Shown here one piece after another: positions 1-14,545 of a DNA stretch of 64,000 nucleotides. Origin of the DNA: the human T2T-CHM13v2.0 reference genome, Homo sapiens; the NCBI GenBank assembly GCA_009914755.4, contig CP068257.2:33024001-33088000 (forward strand), in the 5' to 3' direction. Both the position numbers and the translations under genes were made by a program. The notes beneath the pieces are model-generated. The model was not told the DNA's origin, did no database searches, and worked only from the letters and a program-made list of their open reading frames with translations. How positions within the stretch are numbered: the stretch's first letter is position 1; each line of letters opens with the position of its first letter.

Positions 1-59
1 TTCAAGTATTCTGTTTTCTCTAAGAAGTACAACAAAGGTCATAAGAAGCTTGAGTAGGC

Positions 60-460
60 CCAAACTACAGCTGCCTGGGCACCATAGTAAAGGTTATAGG
101 ATAAGCCCATGCCCAGGCAAAACTAGATAACGGACATCTGGGTTGCTTGGCAATGGTCATGTGCAATCCTGTCTTTGTCCTGCCTCAGTATCCCTGCTTT
201 CATGCCACTGTAAGCTTACTTCAAGCTAGCCCACCCCCTTTTGTAAAGTGTGTATAAAAGTCAGGTGCTGTCTTTGTTCTGGGCCCAGTCTTTTGGACGT
301 TGAGTCAGCTGGGCCCGAGTACACTCAGTAAAAACTCTCCTGTTTCAACCTGAGGTCTCTCTCGTCCTCCTGAATCCTGCACCACCTTCTCCAGATTAAT
401 GTAAGCTTGGTCTTAGGAAGTCTCAGTGGACCTACTGAACTTAGGAGAAACCTGTGGCTT
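60..460 (+). mobile_element. Possible solitary ERV-type LTR. It has a TATA box (gtataaaag, ~250-258) followed ~75 bp later by an AGTAAA poly(A)-like signal (~330), i.e. a U3-R layout
   Basis: Architecture only (TATAAAAG ... CAGTAAAAACTCTCC). The family is not recognised and the boundaries are uncertain. Confidence 0.3.
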
Positions 461-1611
461 AGGCAATATTTAGAACAGCTGAAGAAAGATCAAGGGAACA
501 GCATGGAGTCTAGAATTTTTTTAAAAAGGGAGAAGGTCAGAAAGTGTTGGACACAGCATCTCAGCACCCAGGGCCATTGAGGCTGGCACTGTGTTTTCTG
601 ACTTCTCTCATAATCGATGATAAATGCCTCTTTGTACCCCTAGTCCATGTTTTCCAAGAAACCTACTGATTATGAATTGACTTCCCAGATACCTGGATGG
701 CAGAAAAGCAGTGCCTTGGGTGGTAGCCTAGAGTGCCCCGGGATCTGTTACAAAAGTCCATTGCTCAGATCATTAGTAGAGAGGAAAAGGCACCTTGAAG
801 GGCTTGAGAGCAGGTGCAGGGCTCACAGTAAAGCATGGTCCCCACCCACAAGGCAAAGCTTCAGGATGTGAACCCAGACTCATCAGTCACCCACCTGCTG
901 CCTAGTCATGTGTGATGCCTTTGGGGCAGGCTTCCTTCCCTTAATGTGCAGATTCAAGTCCCCACCTGCCTTTGGTCATGTTGTGATTCCTCACAATGTC
1001 CAAAGGTCTCAAATCTTTGGCTTGAATGGGCTCACTTCAAAGACCTACAGAGCTGAGCTTGGTATTGAAGCCACAGAATCAAAAGTTTTTGTATCTCAGT
1101 TGCAAGACCTGTGAGGCAGAGGTGGTCACTAGAGCCACAGCACGCTAGTGGAACACCAGCCCTGGGACTTTCTCTGTTCTCGCTCACTCCCTCACTTTTC
1201 ACTTTCTTTAGCCATGGCTGGCTGACAGTGCGTGCAACTTCCAGTCCCTAGGGAACCAAGAAGGAGTGCTCAAACCTACAGCCTCCTGGGTTGGTTCCCA
1301 GCTAGGAGAGAGCACCAGCGGCAAGTCCTGCCTGGCTCTGGGTGCTGGGTGCCACCATCACATGTGCCATGGGTGATGGGTGTGGTTGGCTGTGAATGGA
1401 AATGCACGTGGTGGAATGATCCCAGGACTCAGCCCTATAGCAGAGACCAGTCTGCACACTTCCTGCCCATGGTGTGGCTGAATGATAGGGAGACAACCAC
1501 AGTGACCACAGGAATGACTATTACGCCTGGCAATTTATTCAGATATCAGTGAGAGCATTGGATGTCTCTCTAGATGCACGTTAGAGGGTTCAGGCCTATT
1601 TTAGTTTATTT

Positions 1612-1731
1612 TTGAGACTGGGTCCAGTTATGTTGCCCAGGCTGGTCTTGAACTTTTGGGCTCAAGAGATCCTCAGCCTCCTGAGCTGGGATTACATGTG
1701 TGCACCACCGCATCTGGCTGGGTTTTTTGTC
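1612..1731 (-). mobile_element. Free left Alu monomer (FLAM-like) fragment, antisense
   Basis: gagac-gggt...tgttgcccaggctggtcttgaact..ctgagctgggattacatgtgtgcaccaccgcatctggctgg matches the reverse complement of the Alu left arm. There is no right arm. Confidence 0.55.
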
Positions 1732-2329
1732 ACAAAAATTGTAGCAAAAGAATTGTACCTATGTTCATTTATTTTACCTTCCAAGTCCTTTTTCCATTAC
1801 CATTTATGATCTTATAAAATGCCCCCTAGTGAACAAGCCTGGCTGCTAATTTATACCCTTTCCTCTGAAGAGCCCCTCTACGGTAGAAGAGTATTAATGA
1901 CACTTGCAGGGAAGCATGATGTTGCCATGATATGAATAGCTGGATGTTGCCTTTGGGGGTCAGAACCTAGAGATGATGCTCAGAGTAGACTGCCACTGAG
2001 GGACTCAGGGATCCAGGAACAGCCTAGGAAAGAAGAAGACAACAGGAAACTCTAGAATTCTGCTCAGAGACACCATCTCTGCTGTTTTTCTCTGGACTCA
2101 TTGGAGACCAGAGCTAGAGGTCTCTCATCTCCCTCTTTCCTGGCCTGCGTGTCCCAACACAACGTGTGCTTGCGTGTGTACCCCATCTCACCCTTTTTTA
2201 CTCTTCTCTCTCTCTTCCTTTTTTCACTTGAAACTGTCCCCTGGAAACCATTCCATAGTGATATAGGGAACAATTACTCACTCATCTCCATTGCGCGCAT
2301 ATATCCTGATTTACTCAACCAGTTTCTAA

Positions 2330-2575
2330 CTTAACCAGTTCCTTATTGACGGACATTTGGTTTGTTTCCTGCCTTTTGCTAATAAAAACAGCACTTCAGT
2401 GAGTAGCTTGTGCACATATCTCCTTTGCATTTTTGGCCAGTGTACTTTTGAGAAAGGTTCCTAGGAGTGGGATTGCTGGGTCAAAGAGCAAATGCTTATA
2501 CAATTTTGCTGGATAACGTCAAACTCCCCTGTATAGTATAATACCACGCAATTCACAGTTTTCATTATATGTTTC
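2330..2575 (+). mobile_element. Old L1 (L1M-type) 3'-region fragment
   Basis: ggacatttggtttgtttcc...cctaggagtgggattgctgggtcaaag...ttttgctggataacgtcaaactcccc matches the L1M consensus (gatggacatttgggttgtttccacttt...cctaggagtggaattgctgggtcatatggtaa...). Confidence 0.6.
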
Positions 2576-2704
2576 TTTCTCTTATGCTGTTAAACCAGAA
2601 ACTTTATGTTTAACTTATTGGCACAAGATTCCATTAAGAGAAAAATTATATGGACAGACTAAGATTTTAGTTCCCATTACAGGTTTTATTCAATGTATCT
2701 GTGA

Positions 2705-3029
<325 letters not shown>

Positions 3030-4074
3030 GAAATGAAGTTTTTATGAGTTCATGAAAACAAGCCAATTTAGCTACTAAGTTACCTCTTACAAAGGGGCCC
3101 TAATGCCATAATTTCAGTGTTCACAGCTGGCTATTTCAGCATCGTTAAAACTATTGCACTTTGAAATTATTTCAGTGAAAAAATGCGTGCTGTCCCCAGG
3201 GGGAAGAATCCTGGTACTGAAGTGTCCTCTGATGGCATTGCATGTTCCTCAAATCCTAGAGAAATGGAAAACTCCCTCCTGGACAGGGCATTGAATTTCC
3301 TCCAGCATGAAGTCCCCTTTTTGCTGATGAATCCCACTTTGCTCCCAAATCTAGGACTCAGGGTTCTGTTTGCCTTACATCACCTCCAAAGGAAGCCGGC
3401 TGGCACCAAGGGCCAGCCCCTGGAAACTTGGGAAGCGTTTGATTCCACTTATCTGAGCACAGAAGCAGCATGCCAGCCTGCCTGATACAGTCAGGTGCGT
3501 CATGAATTCCAAGGCTGACCCACCAAATCAGGGAGCTTGGGTCCCATGATCTAGGGCTTTTGCCAGCAAGTCAAGGCCTTAAATTCCTGGAGGCTGATCA
3601 CCTGCCAAAAACCACTTCACAGATGAACGTGTCCTGAAAGGGGGCTTATATACCTTGGATATATGATCCGCCCTCCTGACAAGCCACAGCAGCACTTAAA
3701 AAGGCTTGTGAAGGGATGATGCCAGTGGAAGAAAACAGGAACTTTGACCTCCCAGAGCCTATGGATACCAAGAAGGGATCAGATGACTGATTTTTTCAAA
3801 AGCTTCCTGGTGGAATAAATGCATTTCACAGGTAAGCCCTGGAACAAAACAAGGCTCACTGAAACGAGTCCATTGTTGGCTTCAGTAAAGTCTAAAGGGA
3901 AGGTTGGGCCTTTTTAAAGAAATAGGGTCTACATCAGTTGTGAAAATTTTACAAGAAGCATGTGAAACATGCATGAAGTACAGTGTAGGAGGTATATGAA
4001 TCAGCCAGAATGGAGTTTTAATAAAGACGCTGCAGATTCATTAAGAAGAGAATTCATTAGAAAAACCCTGAGTT

Positions 4075-4407
<333 letters not shown>

Positions 4408-4464
4408 TTAACGTTTGGAAATCTGAATTGCTAATCTCTTTAAAAAAAACATTTTTTCTTTCTT

Positions 4465-4764
4465 TATTATTATTATTATTTTAAGACAGAATCTCTCACT
4501 CTGTCACCCAGGCTGGAGTTCAGTGGTGTGGTCTTGACTCACTGCAAACTCCACCTCCTGGGTTCAAGTGATTCTCCTGCCTGTCTCCTGAGTAGCTGGG
4601 ATTATAGGCGAGTGCCACCATGCCTCGCTAATTTTTGTATTTTTAGTAGAGACAAGGTTTCACCATTTTGGCCAGGCTGGTCTTGAACTCCTGACCTCAG
4701 GTGATCCACCTGTCTTGGCCTCCCAAAGTGCAGGGATTACAGGCGTGAGCCACTTCGCCCGGCT
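4465..4764 (-). mobile_element. Alu element (antisense), older S/J type, preceded by a (TTA)n/T-rich tail
   Basis: agacagaatctctcactctgtcacccaggctggagttcagtgg ... cagggattacaggcgtgagccacttcgcccggct. Confidence 0.85.
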
Positions 4765-5278
4765 AAAAATAATATTATTTTTGAATTGGTAATCAGTGCA
4801 CAGGAATCAAAAGTCAAAAACACTCTACAAAAGTATTCACAGAGTTGAATCATTCCCACCCTCACACTTTCCCCTACATAACCATTTAGATCAATTTCTT
4901 GTTTACTCTTTCAGTGTTTCTTTAAGTAAATATAAGCAGTTCTTTTTTTGTTATTTTCGCAGCATTGAGCCGCCAGCCAACTCTGGCCAGTGGTGCCCTG
5001 TAGCCTTTCTGGGAATGTGGGAAAGGAAAGAAGAGAAAGCCTTGAGCAACACTGGCTGGTCGCATGGTACCAGTAGTACTCCCCCACATGCTGTGACAAC
5101 CAAAAATGTCTCCAGACATTGGCACATTGCCCCTGGTTGAGAATTGCTGGTGGAAAAAAATCACAGCCCCGCAGTTGGTCAGGCCCTTTTCAGACAACAC
5201 CCCCCACTCCATTACTCTTTGATGTTGAGCCCAGCACAATTTTCAGGTCCTGGACTCCCAAGGTTGGAGCCTCCACTT

Positions 5279-5322
5279 TTCAGGAAGCGGTTGCATTCGA
5301 TTTCAGGAAGCGGTTGCATTAG
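5279..5322. repeat. Direct tandem duplication of a ~22-bp unit (tcaggaagcggttgcattcgatt / tcaggaagcggttgcattagatt)
   Basis: Two adjacent near-identical copies read directly. Confidence 0.8.
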
Positions 5323-5534
5323 ATTTGTAGAGAGTGGGGGCCAAGGCATCATCCAGGCCACCTTCATCCCCTGGGACTGCTACTGCATCCTCCTAACTCA
5401 TCTCCTGCGTGTTCTACATGCACAGCGGTCCATACCACCCCACAGTGGGCAGCCCCTTGGGGTGCCTTAATGCTCTTCGGATAAAGCCCAGACTTTCTGA
5501 TGGGGCTTGTGGGGCCCTTCAAAGTGCAGTCCTT

Positions 5535-5845
5535 GGCTGGGTGTGTAGCTCATGCCTATAATCCCAATACCTTGGGAGGCTGAGGTGGGAGGATCATTTG
5601 AGGCCAGGAGTTCGAGACCAGCGTGGGCAACACAGTGAGACCCCATTTCTACAAATAATAGAAAATAAAAAATTAGCCAAGAGTGGTGGCTTGTGCCTCT
5701 AGTCCCAGCTACTCGGGAGGCTAAGGCAGGAAGATTGCTTGAACCCAGGAGTGCAAGACTTTAGTGAGCCATGATTGCACCACTGTACCTCCAACCTGGT
5801 CAAGAGAGTGAGACCCTGTCTCTAAAAATGAAAGAAATTTAAAAG
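5535..5845 (+). mobile_element. AluJ-class element (sense), diverged
   Basis: ggctgggtgtgtagctcatgcctataatcccaataccttgggaggctgaggtgggaggatcatttgaggccaggagttcgagaccagc...; many CpG-to-TpG decays. Confidence 0.85.
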
Positions 5846-7619
5846 GTAAGAACCAAGGGAAGTCCTTGCCTGCCTCTCCAGGCCTCTCAGTTGCCTGCTG
5901 TCCCTGTTCACACTTGGCTCCATCCTCACTGAGACAACTTTTTTCCCTGGCATACTCCTTGCTCTGGGTTTTTCCCATGCCCTTTCCTTGCCTGGAATGC
6001 CATCTCCCACCTTTTTCCTGGCCAGCAAAACCTCTATTCATCCTTCAGGTGTACCTCAGAGCTGACCAACCCTCCCCACATCTACCTGGCCTGGCCCTGG
6101 GTCCCAGTTGGGCACTCCTCCTAAATACTCCTAGATATGCAGAACATTTACTTCCTCATGTTGTCATTGTTTGTCTAATTGTCTGAAGCCCCCCAGGAAT
6201 GTGGCTGCACAAGGACATAGACTAGATGGCCTTGTGACCCCTGTGTCCCTGGCCCCAGCACAGTGGCTGGCAACCAGCAGGTCCCAGTGCATGACTGCTA
6301 AATGCATGCACACATGGCACAATGCTTGCAACCAGGCACATGCTTCCCCAGCCTTAGGAAGGGTTACGTTCATGGGGTTAGGTTCACAGACGCTGGAGCC
6401 AGGCTGTCTGGGTACACTCTGCACTGTGGGGCTCTACCACTTCCCGACGGTGTGCCCTTGGGCAAATTGCTTACCTTCTCTATCCCACATCTTTACATCG
6501 TTAGCATTTACGTCAAGGATTATATTAATCATATGAGCTAATGTATGTTATGTGTTTATAGTAGTGCCTGGCATATCGTCAGCACCATAAAAGAGTTTGC
6601 TGTTCTAGCTTCAAAACTCTTCATAGAACTTACACTCGGTAACAGGATAAGAATTTTGATTTCAGGAGGGATGGCAGGTGATGGGATGATGAAGGGAGGG
6701 AGACTGGGCAGATTGGAGGGAGACTGGGCAGATTGGGAGTTCCTCATGTGTAAGAGGAAACCAAGAGCCTGCAATTCTCAAGTATAACATTACGCCCTCA
6801 GAGAAGTGGGTGGGAAGATTCCAGAGACTTGCTCATTTTACAAACATTTATGGTAGATTGATTTGGGGTCCAAGAAAGGAGAATGAAACTCTCTTTTTTC
6901 CATCCTCTCCTTTCGGCCCTCTCTTCCCAGGACTCACATGAATGAACGTCTCTGGACACCTAATCACCATTTATCAATCTCACTTCTATGAGAAAAACAC
7001 ATTTCAAGTACCTACCCTCCAGCTTGTCAACAAATTCATTAAAAAAGAAGGGAACATCAGTTATATAAAGCCATGGTGTTTTTGCCTTACTCTCAAGCTT
7101 TTGGATGAAATGGAAAAGTTAAATCCGCCCGGGAGGCATTTCTAACTCTCCACATTTAGCCACGGAATAGTTAGACTAATACCTGAATTCTCCATTTACA
7201 TTTTCAGCTTGCATTCACAGATCTGGAGTCATAGAGAAATTACTGGTGTGGTGTCAAGTCTAAGTTTTAATGCCTTGAGGGGAAGCAACTTCACAATTCT
7301 GAACAAGGTTATCATGAGTGGAGGAGAAACATTCTCCTGGTTCTTGAGCCGGAGTTCATGAGCTCACACTTTGGCAGATCTCATCACTGATCATTTGAGC
7401 TCACACAGCTCCAAATACAATGGAAACCACTGGGTTATTTGTCAGCTGTTGAGTTCATTTGGTTGTTTAAACAATGCAATCATGCCAGTGGAGTGGGGGC
7501 AGGCAGACAGCAAACACTGGCTCCGTGCAAACCTGTGCTCCGTGCCCCGAACAAGGCAAGGGCAATGTTGGCCTGATGTAAGGGTTCTGCTGGGCACCTG
7601 CTGTCTCAGACACCTCGGT

Positions 7620-7790
7620 TGAACTCCTAGCTCTGCTGCTTTCCAGAGTTATTTGATGCTGCAGAACGTCAGTCTGCTTATCTGTAAAATGGGCATAGTG
7701 ATTTTAATTACCTCACAGAGGCCTAAAAGGGAGGAGTGATATAATCCACAGGAAGAGCTCAGCATATTAAATAATCATGACCCACTAGCT
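7620..7790 (+). mobile_element. MIR (mammalian-wide interspersed repeat) core fragment
   Basis: cagtctgcttatctgtaaaatgggcatagtgattttaattacctcacagag...aaagggaggag matches the MIR core (ctcagtttcctcatctgtaaaatggggataata...tacctcatagggttgttgtgagg). Confidence 0.45.
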
Positions 7791-8549
7791 ATGACTGCTA
7801 CTGTCTCTGGGGGTTCAAGAGCAGACAGTAGAATCATACCAGGGGAGAGACCTGACTAGTATGAGCCCCTTGTTGGGCTTTTGGACTTTGAAACAGGGTG
7901 AGGAATGAAGCAGAGAGAGGGATGATAAATTGCTTTGCACAATAAATGAAGAGGGATTTGGGGGTTGCAAGCGGGCAAGCTGAGAGAGGATTCGGGATGA
8001 CATGGGCAGGGACCAGCCCCCAACCCGCTGCCCATCACTGGCCCCAAACCTTGAGTGAGCATCTCCCATAGCAAGGAGCTGTGGATCCTAGTTTTCCAGG
8101 ATAGCCTCATGGTTTGCACCTGTGGCCCCAGAGTAATCACTTTCACTTTCAGAAGTGTTTGGGTTTGGCTATAAATTACGTCCTAACTATGTCCAACTGC
8201 CTTCTGGGAGGTGGTATGTTAGAAAAACCACAGAAAAGAGGCTGCATTCACCTGGGCTAAGACAAGGAGGAGCGAAGAGAGTAGCAGGTGGAGGTAGGGT
8301 TGAGATGGGGCAGATGCAGGTGGTTAGAGCAGAGGGAGCCAGGTGAGACTGAGAGAGAGCTAGAAGATGAGGAATACTCAGGTAACTAGCATATGGATTA
8401 CATTTAGAGTATTTTAAGATACAATTCACATATATTGAAACACAAAAATTTTATAAGCCCCCAAAGTCCCCTGTCCCTCTTTGTTGGCAATCCTTGTTCC
8501 CCGCTTTCTACCCTTGGCCAACCAATGATGGTTTAGACTTGGAAATAGT

Positions 8550-8710
8550 GTCTTATAAGTGGAATCACATGGTATGCAGCCTTTTGAGTCTGCCTTTTTC
8601 TACTTTTCATAAATGCACTTGTAGTTGATCTGTCTTGTTGCAAGTATCTGTAGCTTATTCTTTTTTAATACTGAAACATCTGTTTATCCATTCCCCAGTT
8701 CTAAGACTTT
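8550..8710 (+). mobile_element. Old L1 (L1M-type) fragment
   Basis: tggaatcacatggtatgcagccttttgagtctgcctttttc...tttatccattccccagttctaag resembles the L1M consensus (ggaatcatacagtatgtggccttttgtgactggcttctttcac...tttatccattcatc). Confidence 0.5.
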
Positions 8711-10769
8711 TAGGTTGTTTTCATTAATTGTCTTATTTTGGCAAATCAGTTCACCTGTGTAACCTGCAGTCCTCTCAAGAGAAATGTAGGTTTCACGTAA
8801 TGTACCACAGAGAAACAAATTCTAGTTTAAGGGTTCTTAACTTCATCTGATTTATGAGCCCTTTGCTAGTCTGGGAAACCCTTCTTTGAATAATGTTTTC
8901 AATGCAAAAATCAAAATGCATAGGATCTCAAGGGAAGCCAATTATATGGATACATAGTTATCAAATATTAAGAAATATGTGATACAGACACATAAGGTGT
9001 TTCTTTATGATTACAATAAATAAGATCAAGAGGCAGGTCTAATAACTACAGAAATTTCCAAGTAGTGATGAGTGTAAATAATATTTTGAGATGACTAACA
9101 TCTGTAATAAGTTATAAAAAATCTATGATTCTTCTTGGGGACAAAGTCACAAGTACAATTATTATTATTACCTTTTATTTCCTATATTCATAAAGAAAGG
9201 AAATGATAAATTTCAGTTTGAGGTTGGTAAACATAAAAATATGATTTTTCCTTATGAACTTTTTGAATTCTGTTTATGTATCTTTTGGGGACTTTGATCA
9301 TGCCACCTTAGAATTAGATGATCCAGCTCATTTTGTTGCTACAACTTTAGAGGGAAGCGGGGGGACTCCTTTTTGCTGACTCCCATTCTGCAGACATAGA
9401 AGTCTTTTCTCTGCAGACTCGCATCTGTGGATTAGTGCATAACCCACCTATTTCAAGCAGCTACATAGTCTCTACTTGTTACTGTGACTCCAGAAACTTC
9501 TCAGTTTACAACAGTCTAACAATTATGCCTTCAAATCTGATGCAAGAGAACTTGAACAAAGCCCCCAAAGTCCTCTGATAGGTGAAACGTCCAATCTTAT
9601 CTCTACTGAGGAGAGCTGCCACCTGAATTTATAGCAGTGTACACTCACTTAAAGCAAAAGTGAAAAAAATACAAAGAAGAGTTTAGCTAGGCATAGAAAA
9701 AATGCAATGGGTATTTTGTGAGTTCTGAGTTTCTCTTGAAATGTGAGCCAATTTGATTCTGGGAAAATTCAACTTCCTTGTTTGAAGACAGCTTATGAAA
9801 TGGCTTTTGAGTTTTATGTATACCAAATGCTTCTGCACTCACCCAACAGGATTTTTTCAGGTGTAATGCATATACATGCACCAGAGAGTTACAGACTAGC
9901 AATGCCCTAAAACCACTTACAAGGATAAATAAATATGTCCAAAAAAATCAAATCTTCACAAAATATGGTTATTTTGAAGTATATCTCATCTCCCATTTTC
10001 TCACTCCACAAAAAAATCTAGGACCTTCCTCACTTCCTATCACGTGCCCAACTTACTTTTAGACGTACCAAGTTCCATATGGTCAGAATGTACCTAAATT
10101 ACATTCACTCACCAGAGCTCTCACATGGGGTAACTTCAAATAATTGTCAAAGATTCTCTACAAGAAAAATAGATTCCCACTTGGTCTTAGATGCCTTAAA
10201 ATTTTTAATGAGTGCAAAGCTTTTATTTCTCAAAGAGAGATAGGATTTAAAGTATCTCTTTTATTTCTCAAAGGGATAGGATTTTTGGGGTGATTGCTCA
10301 CTGACCTAGGTTCACTTGAAGGTATAGATGTTTGGTCCGTAGAGCAGTATTCCCAAACCTGAAAGAACAGGAGGCATTACTACAGAACCTACAGAACAGA
10401 CAACAGGGTCCTGCATCTGAGCAACTGGATAAATCATTTCTGAAAATAAGGCCTAGGAATCTTTCATTCAGACACACTTTCCTATCAATTCTGATGCACA
10501 GCTGTTTGGGCATCACTGCCTTTGAGCACTAAAAATCTAATGAAAAATATTTTACCTTTGTGTGTTCACAGTGTATGAACTTTGTTCACACAGATTCTTA
10601 CTTGGTCCCAAATAAACTTGTAAGGTATGTAGGGAAGAGATCACTTTCCAATAGTACAGGTTGGGAAACCAAGAATTAGAGGTGTTATGGGACTCATCCA
10701 AAGACATCTAGAGACTGAAAACAAAGAAAAGAGGGAGAAAAAAGTGCTGGTCTGCCCTTGATTTACCTT

Positions 10770-11060
10770 TTTTTGTGTATGTGTGAGGCAGATCTTTCTC
10801 TGCCTTCCAGGCTGGAATGCAGTGGTACAATCTTGGCTCACTGCACTTGAATCCTGGGTTCAAGTGATCCTTCCACCTCAGCCTCCTGAGTAGCTGAGAC
10901 TACAGGTGCCTGTCACCAAGTCCAGCTAATTTTTGTAAATTTTATAGAGATGAGGTTTTGCCATGTTAACAAGGCTGGTCTCGACCTCCTGGGCTCCAAC
11001 AATCCTCCCGCCTTGGCCTCCCAAACTGCTGGGATTACAGGCGTGAGTCACCACTGGCTC
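10770..11060 (-). mobile_element. Alu element (antisense), J/S type
   Basis: ccaggctggaatgcagtggtacaatcttggctcactgca...gcctcccaaactgctgggattacaggcgtgagtcaccact. Confidence 0.85.
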
Positions 11061-12740
11061 CTAGGTTTATCTTAAAATTTTGTATAAAGGCAATCCCACA
11101 TGTTAATAAGAGATTGTTACTAAATGCCACAAGTGTCATCTGTGAAATTCAAGGACTTAAATAAAAAGCGGAGTTGTTAAAAAGCTGTTTTTTATTTACA
11201 AATGTAGTCAAGAACCTTCCAAAGAGGTGTTATGCTGGATGGTAAGCAAGTATTTCTTTCTGATTTTTCCTTTGTTGAAAGGAGCTGCCATCTACGACTC
11301 AGCAGAGGAAGGGCTGGTTGGCCCTCTTCTGAGGCTATCTTGGGCTCACTGAGAGACAGGCTCACAAATGGGGTTGCCCTAGGGTACTGGGTCAGGATAG
11401 AATAGGAGTGTTTTTGTTCTGAGGGTTAAAAAGAAGCTAGCCCACATCTAGGAGTGGCAATGGGGTGTGTTGCTGCTGGACTGTGCCCTAATGTCAGGCT
11501 CTTGGGGCCAGCTTGGGCTCCAGGAAGGGCTGGGTGTGTAAACGCATGGAAGGATTCCATGAGAACTGTGATGTGGGGGACACCTGGAGGGAACTGGAGT
11601 CAAAGAAAGAGTCATCTCCCCTCTAAGTTTTAGCCTCTGTGGGACTGAGAGCAGGTCTCTCTGTTGAGGGGAGAAGTGTCCCCTGTTTTGAGTATCAGCA
11701 TTGGGTGGAGGTGGGAAACCAGAGCAGGTTCTCCCTGAGGAAACTCCTGGGGTTCGGGCAAATCAAAAGAAGGGAGACCCAAGAGGAAGATATGCAAATG
11801 AGTCCCTGGAAAGGAAAAGGAGGCGGTTGCATTTAATTCTTGACTTTATAGATAGTTCACAAGCTAAGTTTCTAGCTCACCTCCACCTGGGTGTGAATTA
11901 CAGAAGAACTTGCCAGTAAATACGTATTTGATGGCTGGTTAAGAAATTGCATTGGCTGTGCAAACAATCCTAAAACATCTGGTCAGTTTAGACAGAAAAT
12001 CAAGTCAACTCAGTCAAAATATTATTCATTCATATAACAGATGATTATTGAGAGCTTCCTATTCACCCAGCACTGACTCAGGTGCTGAGGAAACAGCAGT
12101 GAACAAAAGCCAGGTTCCCTGCCATACTGGAGCTTCCTGTCTTGTGAGGGAGACAGTCAACAAATAGAACCCTGAGCAGGATGAAAAGATGGAGAGCGAG
12201 CGGAGTGCTTCACATAGTACATCAGGGAGGGCAGCCTTGAGGAGGTGACCTTAGCAAGGGAGCTAGGTGAAGTCATAACGTGAGTTCTGCGGAGACAGGG
12301 GTAGAGTGCTCCAGGCAGGAGCTCGTTCAGATTGAGTGCAGCACAGTGATGGGGAAAAATGAGGCAGGAGACAGAGGTCAGAGAGGGGAGGGGAGATGAT
12401 GCCCAGTTATGGAGACTTTCAGAGCCCCGGGAGATTTTCAGATTTGGTTCTAAGTGTAAATTGAAGCCACTGGAGGATTTCAGCAGAGCAGGGACATTAT
12501 CCGTTATCCATCCTATTATTACGACAGCTCAGGTTGTTGGGTTGAGAACAGGCCCTAGAGACAAGCATGGAGCAGGGAGAAGAGCTAAGATGCTATTGCA
12601 GTGATCCAGGCCACAGATGAAGGTGGTCCAGGCCAGAGATGAAAGTGGACCAGGCCAGAGCTGAAGCTTGGACCACCATTGACAAAGGTGAATCCAGCTC
12701 ATTCCTTCAGCTGGTGTGTAGACAATAAAGTCCCATGAGG

Positions 12741-12996
12741 GGTCAGGTGCAGTGACTCATACCTGTAATCCCAGCACTTTGGGAGTCTGAGGTGGGCAGA
12801 TCACTTGAGGTCAGGAGTTTGAGACCAGCCTGGCCAACATAAGGAAACTCCGTCTCTACTAAAAATACAAAAATTAGCCGGGTGTGGTGGTGTGCACCTG
12901 TAATCCCAGCTACTTGGGAGGCTGAGCAGGAGAATTGCTTGAACCTAGGAGGTGGAGGTTGCAGTGAGCCGAATTGCGCCACTGCACTTTGAAGCC
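12741..12996 (+). mobile_element. Alu element (sense), 3'-truncated with no A-tail
   Basis: ggtcaggtgcagtgactcatacctgtaatcccagcactttgggagtctgaggtgggcagatcacttgaggtcaggagtttgagaccagcctggccaacat... ends at cactgcactttgaagcc. Confidence 0.85.
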
Positions 12997-13869
12997 TATT
13001 CAAAAGAACAAAATTTAGCCCCAGCGTTTGGGAGGCTGGCAGGGGCAGGAGTGAGCCTGCTGGATGGTGCTGTGGCACAGAGAGGCAGGTGGCTTCCCAA
13101 AATACGGTTCTACATGGAAATGGAGTGCAAAGTCTTACGTCATGACTGCGAGGAATTATTACTAAGATTGTTATTTTACTCAAGGCCCAAAAGTGATCAA
13201 GCTGCCCTAGTCGGAAACATTTTAGAAAATGTTGTATTAAAGAGTCAGTTTTTCACAATTCTTTTGTAACTTAATCCAGTTCAACTTCTGTCCTTTCACT
13301 CTGTGGCAACCCCTGTCCCCACTCCAGGACAACAACTACCTCCCAGGGTTGTGAAGAGTGTTAAATCACTTAAAATAAGATCTGATGTGTAAAGAGCCCT
13401 CTTTACAGAGGTAAAATGCAAGACATTTTATTTACAGGAGGGAGCTAGATGGAACAATCTTCAAAGTCTTTCAAGATTTAATACTCTAAAAGAGTGTGAG
13501 ATATTTACTGAGGACTTGCTGTATGGATGGCATGTGCTTGTCTGGCAGACCACATCTGGTTGGCAGGTGAAGGGTGAAAGTTCAAATGCTATCTCTGGGG
13601 ACAAGGGATCTGGGAACAATCCCAGCACTTGGATGCACAGCTGCTCCCTCTGGTTCGCTTTCTCCCGTCTTTGCATCTATTCATTGCCTTTTCTTCTGTT
13701 GGACTCTATTAACAAGGATTCAGCTTCCTGCCATTCCCCTAGAAACCAACTTTAAAGGAAAAAAAAAACAGCTTTAATCTTGTTTTTGGCAATCACGCTT
13801 GAAACAGAGAAATGAAAAATAATTAAAATCCTAATTTAAACTGCAGTAAAGGGAATATGAAGAGAATAA

Positions 13870-14226
<357 letters not shown>

Positions 14227-14459
14227 TGATGTCTTTTTTTTGCAAGATTGATAATTATATAATACATAGTTATACATAGTTTATTTAAATTAAGTTATTC
14301 TACTTGAAGTATTCACATTTTGGGGTTTTGTCCCAATAATATGATGCCAATTCATTAATATAATAAAACCAAATATCTATGTTGTTTTTCCCTAACATGC
14401 ATAATCATCAATTTGCTTTTGAAATTTTCCTTCATTGTTATCGACTACGTGCCAGGCAT

Positions 14460-14545
14460 ATCAGGCTTTTTCTTTTCTTCCCTCCCTCTTTCCCTCCCTC
14501 CTTTTCTTCCTCACTTCCTTTTTTCTTTCTTTCAATCAATAAGTC
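14460..14545. repeat. CT-rich (TCCC/TTCC)n low-complexity tract
   Basis: ttcttccctccctctttccctccctccttttcttcctcacttccttttttctttctttc. Confidence 0.8.

Noticed and set aside
12743-13183. 146-aa ORF on the minus strand (and similar 100-120 aa ORFs at 3969-4331, 13870-14229, 36748-37071, 41307-41600, 52519-52800)
   Set aside because: Each lies within or is driven by an Alu element. The translations contain the stereotyped Alu-derived peptides (e.g. [38 protein letters not shown]). They are not genes
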